Shown: positions 8,512 through 18,138 of the stretch, in pieces
How positions within the stretch are numbered: the stretch's first letter is position 1
Layout of the letters: every line of letters begins with the position of its first letter
Origin: Fimbriimonadia bacterium
GTDB taxonomy: Bacteria > Armatimonadota > Fimbriimonadia > Fimbriimonadales > JABRVX01
DNA length: 64,000 bases
Direction of reading: 5' to 3'
Assembly: GCA_041483895.1 (NCBI GenBank)
Contig: JBGPGO010000002.1
Span: forward strand, 192,001-256,000
Program-made: the position numbers and the translations under genes
Notes under the pieces: model-generated
What the model was told of the DNA's origin: nothing
What the model saw: the letters and a program-made list of their open reading frames with translations, nothing else
The model's database searches: none

Positions 8512-9480
8512 ATGAATCACCAGACCCGCGTGTATGAGAGCATATTTGAAATGCTGCCGAACGTCGATAATCCTTCCCCGCTCGTGCGCATCAATCGCCT
8601 GAATCCGAACGCCGATTTTCTCCTCTATGCAAAATTGGAATGGAAGAATCCGTTTGGTTCGCTGAAGGATCGGGCGGCTTGGTACATGATGAAGGCCTTG
8701 GAAGAGAGCGGGGAGCTGAGCGAGAAGCGAGGCTTTGTGGAGCCGACATCAGGCAATACCGGGATCAGCTTGGCGGGATTGGCGGGAGCGCGTGGCTACC
8801 CGATGCGCTCGGTGGTTCCCAATAAGGTTCCCATGGAAAAGAAGCTGCTTCTCAAGATCATGGGCTCGCAACTGGACGTTGTGAATGACGAACTATGTCC
8901 GGCGCCAGGTCTTGGCGAGGGGTCCATCAATCTGGCAAAGACCCATGCAAGGGCGTCCAGCGATCGCTATGTGATGCCGAACCAGTATGAGAACGAACAC
9001 AACGTGCAGGCCCACGAAGAGACGACGGGGCCGGAGATCATGCGGCAGACAGAGGGCAAAGTAACGCATGTATTCGTGACGTTAGGCACCTGCGGAACCG
9101 TGACGGGACTTGGACGATATTTCAGGGAGCACAAGCCGGACGTCAAGATTTACGCCATTCAACCGACCGAGGGCCACGATGTGCCGGGCCTTCGGAACAT
9201 CAGCCAATTGGGTGTTTCCAAGCTGTTCGATCCGTCGCTGATTCACGAGATCATGGAAGTCGATTACGAGCTTGCCTATACGAGGGCGCTGGATCTCTGC
9301 CGCCACGAAGGTTTGCTTGCGGGCCCCAGCGCGGGGTTGGTATTCGAAGGAGCCTTGCGGGTGGTAGGCCAAGAGGCCGTGGGGCATGGGGTCATGATTT
9401 TTGCCGATGACGTGTTCAAGTATACTTCCAACATGGCGAAACACATTCCGTCGTTGATGGAAGACACTTCGCCAAAATAG
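8512..9480 (+). CDS. PLP-dependent cysteine synthase family protein
   Basis: 'AKLE..NPFGSLKDR' (PLP Lys), 'EPTSGNTG', 'NQYEN', 'LGTCGT..G', 'GPSAG'. Confidence 0.88.
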   Translation: MNHQTRVYESIFEMLPNVDNPSPLVRINRLNPNADFLLYAKLEWKNPFGSLKDRAAWYMMKALEESGELSEKRGFVEPTSGNTGISLAGLAGARGYPMRSVVPNKVPMEKKLLLKIMGSQLDVVNDELCPAPGLGEGSINLAKTHARASSDRYVMPNQYENEHNVQAHEETTGPEIMRQTEGKVTHVFVTLGTCGTVTGLGRYFREHKPDVKIYAIQPTEGHDVPGLRNISQLGVSKLFDPSLIHEIMEVDYELAYTRALDLCRHEGLLAGPSAGLVFEGALRVVGQEAVGHGVMIFADDVFKYTSNMAKHIPSLMEDTSPK

Positions 9481-9500
9481 CCTAGATTCAGGGAGGCGAT

Positions 9501-10349
9501 ATGGCGGAATATGCACACGCGGAGGTCCTGGTTACAACCGATTGGGTCAAGGAGAACATCGGGAAGCCGGGAATCAAATTTGTCGAGATTGATGTCGATA
9601 CGACTCAATATGATGCGGGGCACATCCCAGGATCGATTGCTTTCAACTGGCAGACGCAGTTGCAGGATCAGATTCGAAGGGACATAATTTCCAAGGCAGA
9701 GTTCGAGAAGATGCTTGGGGGAGCGGGGATCTCGAACAACGACATTGTGATTTTGTACGGCGACAACAACAACTGGTTTGCGGCCTACGGCTTCTGGCTG
9801 TTCAAAATGTACGGGCACAAGGACGTACGATTGATGAACGGTGGACGCCAGAAGTGGCTCAACGAGCCTGACAAGCCGCTCACCACCGACCCGACGCACA
9901 CGTCGCCGACGACCTACACGGCCGCGAGCCCTGATTTGAGCTTGCGGGCATTCGTCCGCGATGCGATGGAGGCTTCCGGTTCGGGCAGCGTCAATCTGGT
10001 GGATGTCCGATCTCCAGCCGAATTTACCGGTGAGATCATCGCTCCGGCCGGCATGACGGAGACCGCGCAGCGCGGCGGCCATATTCCCGGCGCGAAGAGC
10101 GTCCCATGGTCGATCGCGGTTCAGGAGAACGGCGCGTTCAAGTCGGCGGACGAGCTTCGAAAGATCTATTTCGAAGACAAGGGCGTCGATCCGAACAAGC
10201 CGACGATCGCATATTGCCGAATTGGAGAGCGGTCCAGTCACACATGGTTCGTGCTCAAGTATCTGCTTGGCCAGAACAATGTGAAGAACTACGACGGCAG
10301 TTGGACGGAGTATGGCAACCTGATCTCCGCCCCGATCGAGAAGCCATAG
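9501..10349 (+). CDS. Two-domain sulfurtransferase (rhodanese, SseA/CysA-like)
   Basis: 'GHIPG' twice, active-site 'YCRIGERS', 'NYDGSWTEY'. Confidence 0.93.
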   Translation: MAEYAHAEVLVTTDWVKENIGKPGIKFVEIDVDTTQYDAGHIPGSIAFNWQTQLQDQIRRDIISKAEFEKMLGGAGISNNDIVILYGDNNNWFAAYGFWLFKMYGHKDVRLMNGGRQKWLNEPDKPLTTDPTHTSPTTYTAASPDLSLRAFVRDAMEASGSGSVNLVDVRSPAEFTGEIIAPAGMTETAQRGGHIPGAKSVPWSIAVQENGAFKSADELRKIYFEDKGVDPNKPTIAYCRIGERSSHTWFVLKYLLGQNNVKNYDGSWTEYGNLISAPIEKP

Positions 10350-11596
10350 AGTCAGGCCGACCGCGCGTAGTCATTGTTGGGGCCGGTTTCGGTGGTCTGC
10401 AGGCCGCGAAGCGTCTTGCCAAAGCGCCGGTCCAGGTGACTGTCGTAGATTGCGCCAATCATCATTTGTTCCAGCCGTTGCTCTATCAGGTGGCAACGGC
10501 TGGTCTGTCCCCGGCTAACATCGCCAGTCCAATCCGCAGCATCCTGCATCGCCAGAAGAACCTCGAGGTCCAGATGGCGGAGGCGACCGGGGTGGACGTT
10601 TCCGGTGGCCGGCTGCTCACTCGCGAAGGTCACGTCCCCTATGACACGTTGATTCTTGCGACGGGCGCCCGGCATTCGTATTTCGGCCATCCCGAATGGG
10701 AACAGCATGCGCCGGGGCTGAAATCGATCGAGGACGCGATTCGAATCCGGCGCAACATCCTGATCGCCTTCGAGCGCGCCGAGTTGGAACCAAACGAGCA
10801 GAAAAGGAGAGAATGGCTGACGTTCGTGGTGGTGGGCGGCGGGCCGACCGGTGTGGAATTGGCGGGGGCGATTGCGGAATTGGCCCAGCGGGCGCTTGCC
10901 TCCGATTTCGATCATATCGAGCCGAAGTCCGCGAGCATTCTTCTCATCGAGGCGGGTCCGCGAGTCTTGCCTGCCCTAGCCGAACGCCTTTCGCAAAAGG
11001 CGCTTGAGTCGCTGCGGGGTCTGCACGTTGAGGTGATGCTGGACAAGCGCGTGGAGAATGTTGCGGATTGGGGTGTGCTGGCCGGCGATACGGAGATCCG
11101 CTCGCGCACGGTTTTGTGGGCGGCGGGCGTCGCGCCGTCCCCGGTCGCGGGGTGGCTCGGCAAAGAATCGGATCAGCAGGGTCGAATCCTGGTGAGTCCG
11201 GACCTTTCCGTTCCGGGCTGTCCCAACGTTTTCGTTATTGGCGATGCCGCCCGTTTGGACCAGGACGGCCGACCGCTTCCGGGTCTTGCGCCGGTCGCGG
11301 TCCAGCAAGGCGATTATGTGGCCCGGCTGATCGCCCGCCGCGCATGCGGAAAGCCGGACCTGCCGCCGTTTCACTATTTGGACAAGGGCCAACTGGCAAC
11401 GATAGGCCGATCGTCCGCGGTCGCCGATATATTTGGGCTCAAACTCAGCGGGCTCCTCGCCTGGTTGATCTGGAGCTTTGTTCATATCATGCTGCTGGTC
11501 GGCTTCCGCAACAGGCTGCTGGTCTTCATCGAATGGGTTTGGGCCTACGTCACCTTCCAGCGTGGCGCGCGCCTGATCACGAATGCCGATCCTTAA
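10346..11596 (+). CDS. ndh: Type II NADH dehydrogenase (NDH-2); start probably ATA
   Basis: 'VVIVGAGFGGL', 'HHLFQPLLYQVATA', 'GGGPTGVELAG', 'A.QQG', 'Y.DKG.LATIGR'. The homologous region begins at the upstream stop. Confidence 0.88.
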   Translation: MESGRPRVVIVGAGFGGLQAAKRLAKAPVQVTVVDCANHHLFQPLLYQVATAGLSPANIASPIRSILHRQKNLEVQMAEATGVDVSGGRLLTREGHVPYDTLILATGARHSYFGHPEWEQHAPGLKSIEDAIRIRRNILIAFERAELEPNEQKRREWLTFVVVGGGPTGVELAGAIAELAQRALASDFDHIEPKSASILLIEAGPRVLPALAERLSQKALESLRGLHVEVMLDKRVENVADWGVLAGDTEIRSRTVLWAAGVAPSPVAGWLGKESDQQGRILVSPDLSVPGCPNVFVIGDAARLDQDGRPLPGLAPVAVQQGDYVARLIARRACGKPDLPPFHYLDKGQLATIGRSSAVADIFGLKLSGLLAWLIWSFVHIMLLVGFRNRLLVFIEWVWAYVTFQRGARLITNADP

Positions 11597-11636
11597 CAGG
11601 TTGTTTCTTGGCCGCCGTACGGGCGATACTTGGCGC

Positions 11637-12599
11637 ATGACCAAGCGCGCCTGGCTTCTCTTCGGTGTTCTGCTCGCCGCCGCCGGATTTGGAATCACCG
11701 AGTTTTCCATCCACCGGCAGGACGTCAAAGACCCCGCCGCCGGGCGCCAGCTTCCACCGATTCCACCGAGTCAAGCCGATCATTCCAGGCCATACGAGCG
11801 GTTCTTCGTCTTCGGAGATTTTGGCACCGGCGGAAAAGGACAAAGAACGGTCGCCCACGCCATTGTCGATACAGCAAAGCGGGACGGCTTGGATTTCGTC
11901 ATCCTGACCGGCGACAATTTTTATCCCAAGGGCGTGGCATCCGTGGACGATCCTTTGTGGAAAACCCGATTTGAAGACCTGTACGGCCGCCTACATGTAC
12001 CGTTTTATGTGGCGCTGGGCAATCACGACTATATCGGCAGCCCGGAAGCGGAGATCGAGTACGGCAGCAAAGACCCGGACTGGAAGATGCCCGCCCGCTA
12101 CTATGCCGAAACTCGAACATTGAAGGACGGAACGGCAATCAAGATCATCATCATCGACACCAACGCGATCATCGAGGGGCATGGCGATGAGCAGCTTGCC
12201 TGGCTGGACCGCGAGCTTGATGATGCCCGTGCCCGGTGGAAGTTCGTCGTCGGCCATCACCCGGTTTTTTCGCACGGCAAACACGGCGATACCAAGATTC
12301 TCAAGGAGAAGCTCGAGCCGATTCTGGAGCGGCGCCACGCGGACGTATATTTCTGCGGCCACGACCATACGTTGGAGATGTTGAAGCCCGTCGATGGAGT
12401 CAACTACGTTGTGTCGGGCGCGGGCGGCGGCACGGATAACGCGTACAACGTTCAGTGGACGGATGCCTCGGAATATGCGGCGACGCGGGGCGGTTTCGTG
12501 GAGGCCACCGTGCGCAAGGACGACCTCGTCATCGGTTTCGTTCGGCCGGATGGCAAGACTCAGTTTGCCCAAACGATCTCGAAATCAGCGGTCCGTTAG
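11637..12599 (+). CDS. Metallophosphoesterase (purple/tartrate-resistant acid phosphatase-like), secreted
   Basis: GDFG, GDNFY, GNHD, GHHP, GHDH motifs; N-terminal signal. Confidence 0.9.
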   Translation: MTKRAWLLFGVLLAAAGFGITEFSIHRQDVKDPAAGRQLPPIPPSQADHSRPYERFFVFGDFGTGGKGQRTVAHAIVDTAKRDGLDFVILTGDNFYPKGVASVDDPLWKTRFEDLYGRLHVPFYVALGNHDYIGSPEAEIEYGSKDPDWKMPARYYAETRTLKDGTAIKIIIIDTNAIIEGHGDEQLAWLDRELDDARARWKFVVGHHPVFSHGKHGDTKILKEKLEPILERRHADVYFCGHDHTLEMLKPVDGVNYVVSGAGGGTDNAYNVQWTDASEYAATRGGFVEATVRKDDLVIGFVRPDGKTQFAQTISKSAVR

Positions 12600-12980
12600 C
12601 TCGATGGTGTGCTCGTCCGGATCCTCGATGAAATAGGACCTGCGGCCGGTGCCGAAATCCACCGGTCCGCGCAGCTCATGGCCATCCTCTTGCAGTTTCT
12701 CGCACACTTGGTCCAACTCGCTTCGATCGATGAGGAACGCCACATGATAGAGGCTGCCTCGTGGACCGCCTTTGCGCTCGATGTAGTCCACGGCGAGTTT
12801 TGTTCCCGGGTCTTCCGGCAGGAACAGAACCAAGAGGAAGTTGCCGCTTCGCAGGAAGGCGTTCTGGCCCGAATTGATCTCCTCGACCTCGAATCCCAGG
12901 CTGTCCCGATAGAATTGGATCGACCGGTCCAGGTCCCGGACCCAAAGCGCCAACTCGGAAATGCCGCGTACGGGACCTAT
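12585..12980 (-). CDS. VOC/glyoxalase family protein; start probably ATA
   Basis: 'GISELALWVRDLDRS..FY...LG', 'HVAF', 'YF.DPD...IEL'; GGAGG lies 7 nt before the ATA at 12980. Confidence 0.85.
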   Translation of the reverse strand: MGPVRGISELALWVRDLDRSIQFYRDSLGFEVEEINSGQNAFLRSGNFLLVLFLPEDPGTKLAVDYIERKGGPRGSLYHVAFLIDRSELDQVCEKLQEDGHELRGPVDFGTGRRSYFIEDPDEHTIELTDR

Positions 12981-14308
12981 TTCGACGCCTCCAACCCCAG
13001 CGCAGCGATCTCCTGGCTCATATCGCCGTCCAGCAATACTCCGCCCGCTCCGGGACCGGGCAGAATCTTGCGCAGCTCATGAGCTAAAACAGGTAGGTCG
13101 GACGGATTCTTGCACAGCACCTGCACCCACAGAATCGCCATCTCGTCCGTCGTCTTATTGCCGAAATGGACCAATTTGGGCGGGCTATTTGGGTTGCGCG
13201 GATTGTCGGCGGAATTGTCGTAGGTGAACTCCATCTTCAGCTTCGTGCCTTTTGGCAGCGGGATGTGATTCTTGTAGATATATTGGTCTTGCCAGTTGAA
13301 ATTCCAATTGCTGATCCAGATGAGCGGCTTCTTGGTTCCGTCGGGCAGGATCGCAGTCCCCTTCATATCGCGGCACAGAAGATGGGCGTGCGGAAATACG
13401 CCGGTCGCTTCCGTGTCTACTGGCAGCGTATATTCGGCGGCGACCTTGTAGTCCTTCTTGCCGGGTGCGATGAGAATGTTCGCGGATGCGAGCGGGACGA
13501 GAACCGGGACGTTTCTGGGTTTCTTATCGGTGAAATAGAAGCCGATGCTGGACTGATCGGTCTCCTTTTTGCCCGTTGGATAGTAGTGTATCTGCACGAC
13601 GATATCGGAGCCTCTTTTTAGCAGTTTGGCGACGCCTTCGGGATAGGGCCGGAAGAACGTGCCGGGCGCCCAACCGCCGAAGCCACCGGAGGGGAAGAAT
13701 CCGGGACCCGCGAAGCTCGTGTAGCCGGGGCCGTCGTCGCCCGCATCCATCTTCCGCGCTTGGCCCTTCGTGTCCATATAGATCAGAGCGTGGTGGACGC
13801 AGCGGCGATTGCCGGGCCGAAATTCCACAGCCTTTACCCATTTGTCTTCCGGGATATTCACAGGCAGCACGAAGCAGCGATAGATGTCCGGACCTTCCGC
13901 GGATTTGGTGTAGGCCTCCGGCATCTTGACGATCAGGTCCGGCTTGCCTCCTTGCCATCCTTCCGTAAAGGCAGGGGCTTTCGGCATTGCTTTGGCATTG
14001 CCTTCCGGCGCGCCGCCCGCGACCCACGCCTTCAACATCGCGATATCCTTTTCCGGAAGCCTGCGCTCGCCGACAAACTCCCCATGGCTCTCCGCGCCCC
14101 ATGGCGGCATGAGGCGACGGCCCGTCACGGCGACCATCTGCTCCGCATGCTGCTTCGCGTCCTGATAGGAAAGGAGCGGGAAGGGAGCGACCTCGCCTGG
14201 CCGGTGGCACTCGGCGCAGTTCTTGAACAGAATCGGCGCGATGTCTTTCGTAAAGGTCGGCGTTTGGTCGGCGCCTAGGGCGAGAAGCAGGAGCGGCAGG
14301 AACATCAT
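12977..14308 (-). CDS. Cytochrome c-motif plus copper type II ascorbate-dependent monooxygenase-like protein
   Basis: Signal peptide; 'CAECHRPG..APF.L', 'VHHAL', 'QIHY', 'PHAHL', 'W.FNWQ', 'TTDEM'. Confidence 0.8.
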   Translation of the reverse strand: MMFLPLLLLALGADQTPTFTKDIAPILFKNCAECHRPGEVAPFPLLSYQDAKQHAEQMVAVTGRRLMPPWGAESHGEFVGERRLPEKDIAMLKAWVAGGAPEGNAKAMPKAPAFTEGWQGGKPDLIVKMPEAYTKSAEGPDIYRCFVLPVNIPEDKWVKAVEFRPGNRRCVHHALIYMDTKGQARKMDAGDDGPGYTSFAGPGFFPSGGFGGWAPGTFFRPYPEGVAKLLKRGSDIVVQIHYYPTGKKETDQSSIGFYFTDKKPRNVPVLVPLASANILIAPGKKDYKVAAEYTLPVDTEATGVFPHAHLLCRDMKGTAILPDGTKKPLIWISNWNFNWQDQYIYKNHIPLPKGTKLKMEFTYDNSADNPRNPNSPPKLVHFGNKTTDEMAILWVQVLCKNPSDLPVLAHELRKILPGPGAGGVLLDGDMSQEIAALGLEASK

Positions 14309-14409
14309 AGGGTCATTATGGTCTAAAAGAGAACCTCTGTAGCCCCGGGTCCGCATGGCAACCAGCTTCCTACCAGAAACCGGTCAAGGCCCGGGGAGAG
14401 CTGATACCG

Positions 14410-14952
14410 CTAACGCTCGCGGATAGCCGGAATGATGCAACCGACCGGGGCCGTACGTGAGACCGGGACCCGTTTCCCGGCCAGGATCGCATCGAGAGCG
14501 TTGCGCAATTCATGCTTGGTCGGCTTCAGGCGCCTCACACCCAACTCAGGGAACAGGTCGTCAATCCGGCCCAAATACTGAAGCTTCCCATCTTTCGAAT
14601 AGACCGCGGCGGTGGGCGTTATCGTTGCGCCCGCCTTCTTCACCAACTTATGGTCCGGGTCCAACAAAACGGGGCAGGTAATGCCGAATTCGTTGGCATG
14701 TTTCGCCGCCTCCTCCCGCGTCAACGTCGTATCGACATGCACGAGAAAGAAGCCGACCTTCTTCTTCGAATAGTCCTTCACGAGCTGATTGATGGTTGGC
14801 ACATAGGCGTTGGAGACGGGGCAGTCTTGGGTGACAAAGATGAGCACGACGCAGATGTTCTTACCTGTGTCCAGCGGATTGGCCTGGTGACCGGTGACGT
14901 CGGCAATCGCGGTGCCGGCCTGAAACATCGCGAGGACTAATAGCAGCGTCAT
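14410..14952 (-). CDS. Secreted redoxin (AhpC/TSA-like) protein
   Basis: 'CPVS', 'TP', 'Y.GRIDD', C-terminal 'GC.I'; a type often fused to or next to such monooxygenases. Confidence 0.82.
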   Translation of the reverse strand: MTLLLVLAMFQAGTAIADVTGHQANPLDTGKNICVVLIFVTQDCPVSNAYVPTINQLVKDYSKKKVGFFLVHVDTTLTREEAAKHANEFGITCPVLLDPDHKLVKKAGATITPTAAVYSKDGKLQYLGRIDDLFPELGVRRLKPTKHELRNALDAILAGKRVPVSRTAPVGCIIPAIRER

Positions 14953-15177
14953 TGGATTGCATTATAGCGAATCAGCACGTCCCGGTCGGTTTCCGGCCGG
15001 GACGTTGCAGCGGAAGGATTAGGAGGACAAAAGACGAAACAGTACGCCGCATGCGATATCGTCCAAGGGCTCACGAGCCGAATATGCCGTGGGCGCCCGT
15101 TGTCAACCGGATCCAGGGCAAATTCCGTACCAAAACGGTGGAAGCTCGCACAAATTCGAGGGGATCTGCCGCTGGCC

Positions 15178-16548
15178 TTACAGCTTCGCCAATTCGTCCA
15201 TCAGAATCTCGATGTCTCCTGGCGACGTGTGGTAGCTGGTGATGCAGGCGCGCAAAGACGGCCGGCCGTTCGACAGCACGGGGTCTGATATCCACACGCG
15301 GCCCCGACCGACGATCTCCTCACATGCCTGGTGGGTCCGCTCCCGGTCGCCATTCCAGGATGGGTGGGTGAAGTTGACGACGGGCAGCGGCGTGTCGTTG
15401 AGTATTGTCCAGCCAGCGTCTGTGAGCCTTTGTCGCAATAGTTCGCCCATCGCCGTCTGATGCTCAATCATTGTTGCATAGCCCTCCAGCCCGATCGTGG
15501 CAAGGGAGAGAAACACCTTGAGTCCTGTAAAACGGCGCGACCATTGGAGAGTGGTGCTATACGGATCGAAGGCGTCGTCGGTTGAGAGGGGCATGTAGTC
15601 AGTGTTTATTTTGAAGGTTTTTAGCACCGGCTGCCGGTGGCGGCAGAAGAACATTCCGGCGCCCATTGGCACGGACAGCCATTTATGCGCGTCCCAGGTG
15701 ATGGAGTCGGCCAGCTCGATTCCGGCGAGGGAGGGACGCAACGAATTACTCAGGATCGCGCCGCCGCCCCATGCCGCGTCAACGTGGAACCACAGCCCTT
15801 CTTCCCGGCAAACGGCCGCGATGCCGGGCAGCGGATCGATGACACCGGCGGTCGTCGTCCCGGCGGTGGCCGCGACAGAGAACGGGATTTTCCCCGCCGC
15901 CCTGTCATCTCGAATGCTGGAAACAAGCGCATCCACATCCATTTTCAACCCGGCATCTGTTGGAACGATTTGGATCGACCGGCGGCCGATTCCGGCGCAG
16001 TGGGCTGCCTTGCCGAAGGAACCGTGCGCGTCGGCTGAGACATACATCGTAGGTTGACCGGTCACGCCATCGGACCCGAATTGCGGAAAATTGTGGGTGA
16101 GGGCGACGAGGACGGCGGTGAGGTTGGCCTCCGCGCCGCCGGAAGTGAAATTGGCAAAGCCGGTTTCGGGGTCCAGCCCAAAGCGCTTCATGAAGAAATC
16201 GAGGACGTGGCGTTCGATTTCAATGGCCGCCGGGGCGTGGGACCAGACTGCCATTTGGGGATTGTAGAGGGCAACGAGGGCGTCCGCGACGACAGAGATG
16301 GGCGTCACGCTGGGGTTGAAGTTGCCGAGATAGCGGGGATGGGTTACGTGCAGGTTCCAGCGTCGCATCATGTCGGCCACGTCAGTGAGCGTGTCACTTG
16401 CCGGCACGGGAGTGCGGAAATCGTACCGGGCGGCAAGATGGGTGCGAATCTCTTCGGGGAATACCTTCGGGGTTACCGGCAGGTCGCCGATTTCGCTCTG
16501 GAACCGAGCGATCTCTTCCGTCAGCCAATGTAAGGTGTCGTCGTGCAT
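15178..16548 (-). CDS. Group II PLP-dependent amino-acid decarboxylase
   Basis: 'HPRY', 'FTSGG.EAN', 'ATAGTT..G.IDPL', 'WFHVDAAWGG', 'DAHKW'. Confidence 0.9.
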   Translation of the reverse strand: MHDDTLHWLTEEIARFQSEIGDLPVTPKVFPEEIRTHLAARYDFRTPVPASDTLTDVADMMRRWNLHVTHPRYLGNFNPSVTPISVVADALVALYNPQMAVWSHAPAAIEIERHVLDFFMKRFGLDPETGFANFTSGGAEANLTAVLVALTHNFPQFGSDGVTGQPTMYVSADAHGSFGKAAHCAGIGRRSIQIVPTDAGLKMDVDALVSSIRDDRAAGKIPFSVAATAGTTTAGVIDPLPGIAAVCREEGLWFHVDAAWGGGAILSNSLRPSLAGIELADSITWDAHKWLSVPMGAGMFFCRHRQPVLKTFKINTDYMPLSTDDAFDPYSTTLQWSRRFTGLKVFLSLATIGLEGYATMIEHQTAMGELLRQRLTDAGWTILNDTPLPVVNFTHPSWNGDRERTHQACEEIVGRGRVWISDPVLSNGRPSLRACITSYHTSPGDIEILMDELAKL

Positions 16549-16600
16549 GCCCGTCAGGATACTTCTCCGCCTGTGTCCTTCGCCACCGATTTTCGGACGG

Positions 16601-18049
16601 CTAATCTTGAGGTGAGTGGTCGGGCAGGGTTCCTTTGTGCGAAAAGACCGCACGCCAGCGCTTCAGCCAGCTCAAAAAGTCCTGACGGCCGTCATCGACT
16701 CCATGTTCCTCTTGGAATTTGATTCGAGCGTCAAAATACTTCAAACACTCATCATCATGGCCGAATCCAGCCAGCATCCTCGCCGCCGAACATGCAAACT
16801 GGTCTTTCCCCAATCGAAAATCTACATCGCCTTTTTCTGGATCAAGTTCCAAGAGTCGCTTGAGAACGACGTCTCGAATGCGATCATTTGCAACTGTCGC
16901 TAATGCGCTGACCAAGTAACTCTGAACCTCGGGAATGACACCTTCTCCAGGGGGTGGATGTCGAAAATCGATGTTCGGGTAGGCATCCGCAAATACTTCT
17001 TTGGCCCGGTTGGACTGCATGATTCCGTTTCTATCCTCCGCTGTCAGTTCCTTTTGGTGAGTTCCTGCACGAAAGATTTCGTCGGTTTCAGCAGATTCGA
17101 TCCTCCGCGCGAATTCCGCCGGTAAGCACGAAGCCAGCATCCTATCGTCATGTTGAAACTTCATTATTGCGGCCTTGCGATCGGATTCGTTAACCATTTG
17201 TAAAATGCGCTCTACTGTCTCAGAGAGTCGCATTTCGTAAGCGTAGGGATACAGCTTTCTTTGCAGTAAATGGACAAGGAATCCAGTTGAACGTTCGGGA
17301 TAGTAATACAGGAGGCGCTCCGCCGCCATTGGGTGCCTTCCTATGTCACCGGTGGTCAAGTCGTCCATCAGGCTGTGAAAATGCTCGTCCTTCGTCAACC
17401 CGCCCCAATCCTTACGTACCGCCTCAGCAAGCTTATGATTTTGCGTCGGTGAGTTGATGGCGGGTGGCAGAATCGCGCCACCGAGCGGACCAATGTGAGC
17501 GTGCGGGATTGACTCCAATCCCCGATTGACAATCTGGCCGATGGCAACGTAACATAGGTCGCCCACTGTGACGGTATACGGATGTTCATTCGGACTGCGA
17601 TGGGAATTCATGTCAACTTGATTAAGTCCCTGCGGCTGCCGTGCAGGGTCCGAGTAGCGAGGATCATACCGGTCGGAGAAGTATCCCCCCGTGTGTAGCT
17701 GCGTGAGGCGGTGGTCAACCAAGTGGTCCATCAGCTCCGGCAGTGAATCCACGCCACGGGCGATCAATGCCTTGAGCGCGTCCGGTACAGGCTGCAGGTC
17801 TTTGCCATTATCGTCAAGGAAGTCGCTTTGTTCATTGGCTGGCAAGAACCCTCGCCCCTCCGTCATGTAGTATGCGTCCGTGAACTCGCCCTGGATTTCC
17901 CGTAAGGAATCGATGAGTTGTTTAACCGATTTTGACTTTAGCGGAGGGGGAGGCAGGGATGAAGATGTGGTCGCTTGCTCTTTGCGTGATTGGAGAGCGA
18001 CTCCTGCGACAAGAATGACTACTGCAGCCAAAAGCAGCCAGTATTTCAT
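16601..18049 (-). CDS. Hypothetical membrane-anchored or secreted protein
   Basis: 482-aa ORF with hydrophobic N-terminus; more AT-rich than its flanks. Confidence 0.65.
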   Translation of the reverse strand: MKYWLLLAAVVILVAGVALQSRKEQATTSSSLPPPPLKSKSVKQLIDSLREIQGEFTDAYYMTEGRGFLPANEQSDFLDDNGKDLQPVPDALKALIARGVDSLPELMDHLVDHRLTQLHTGGYFSDRYDPRYSDPARQPQGLNQVDMNSHRSPNEHPYTVTVGDLCYVAIGQIVNRGLESIPHAHIGPLGGAILPPAINSPTQNHKLAEAVRKDWGGLTKDEHFHSLMDDLTTGDIGRHPMAAERLLYYYPERSTGFLVHLLQRKLYPYAYEMRLSETVERILQMVNESDRKAAIMKFQHDDRMLASCLPAEFARRIESAETDEIFRAGTHQKELTAEDRNGIMQSNRAKEVFADAYPNIDFRHPPPGEGVIPEVQSYLVSALATVANDRIRDVVLKRLLELDPEKGDVDFRLGKDQFACSAARMLAGFGHDDECLKYFDARIKFQEEHGVDDGRQDFLSWLKRWRAVFSHKGTLPDHSPQD

Positions 18050-18138
18050 GGCACCGCCCTTTCCCTCTACCTGATAAGTACGGTTGAGAAGCGCGGAGGG
18101 TTCGATTCTCTTCCGGGCGGACGTTTCGGAAGCCAGCG

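Noticed and set aside
10106..10345. 80-aa N-terminal extension of NDH-2 in the ORF track
   Set aside because: It overlaps the conserved C-terminus of the sulfurtransferase in another frame and is not protein-like.
18092..18120. tRNA-like T-arm (GAGGG-TTCGATT-CTCTT) between prfA and the orphan gene
   Set aside because: No D-arm, anticodon arm, acceptor-stem pairing or CCA can be built; at most an att-like fragment, which I cannot support.
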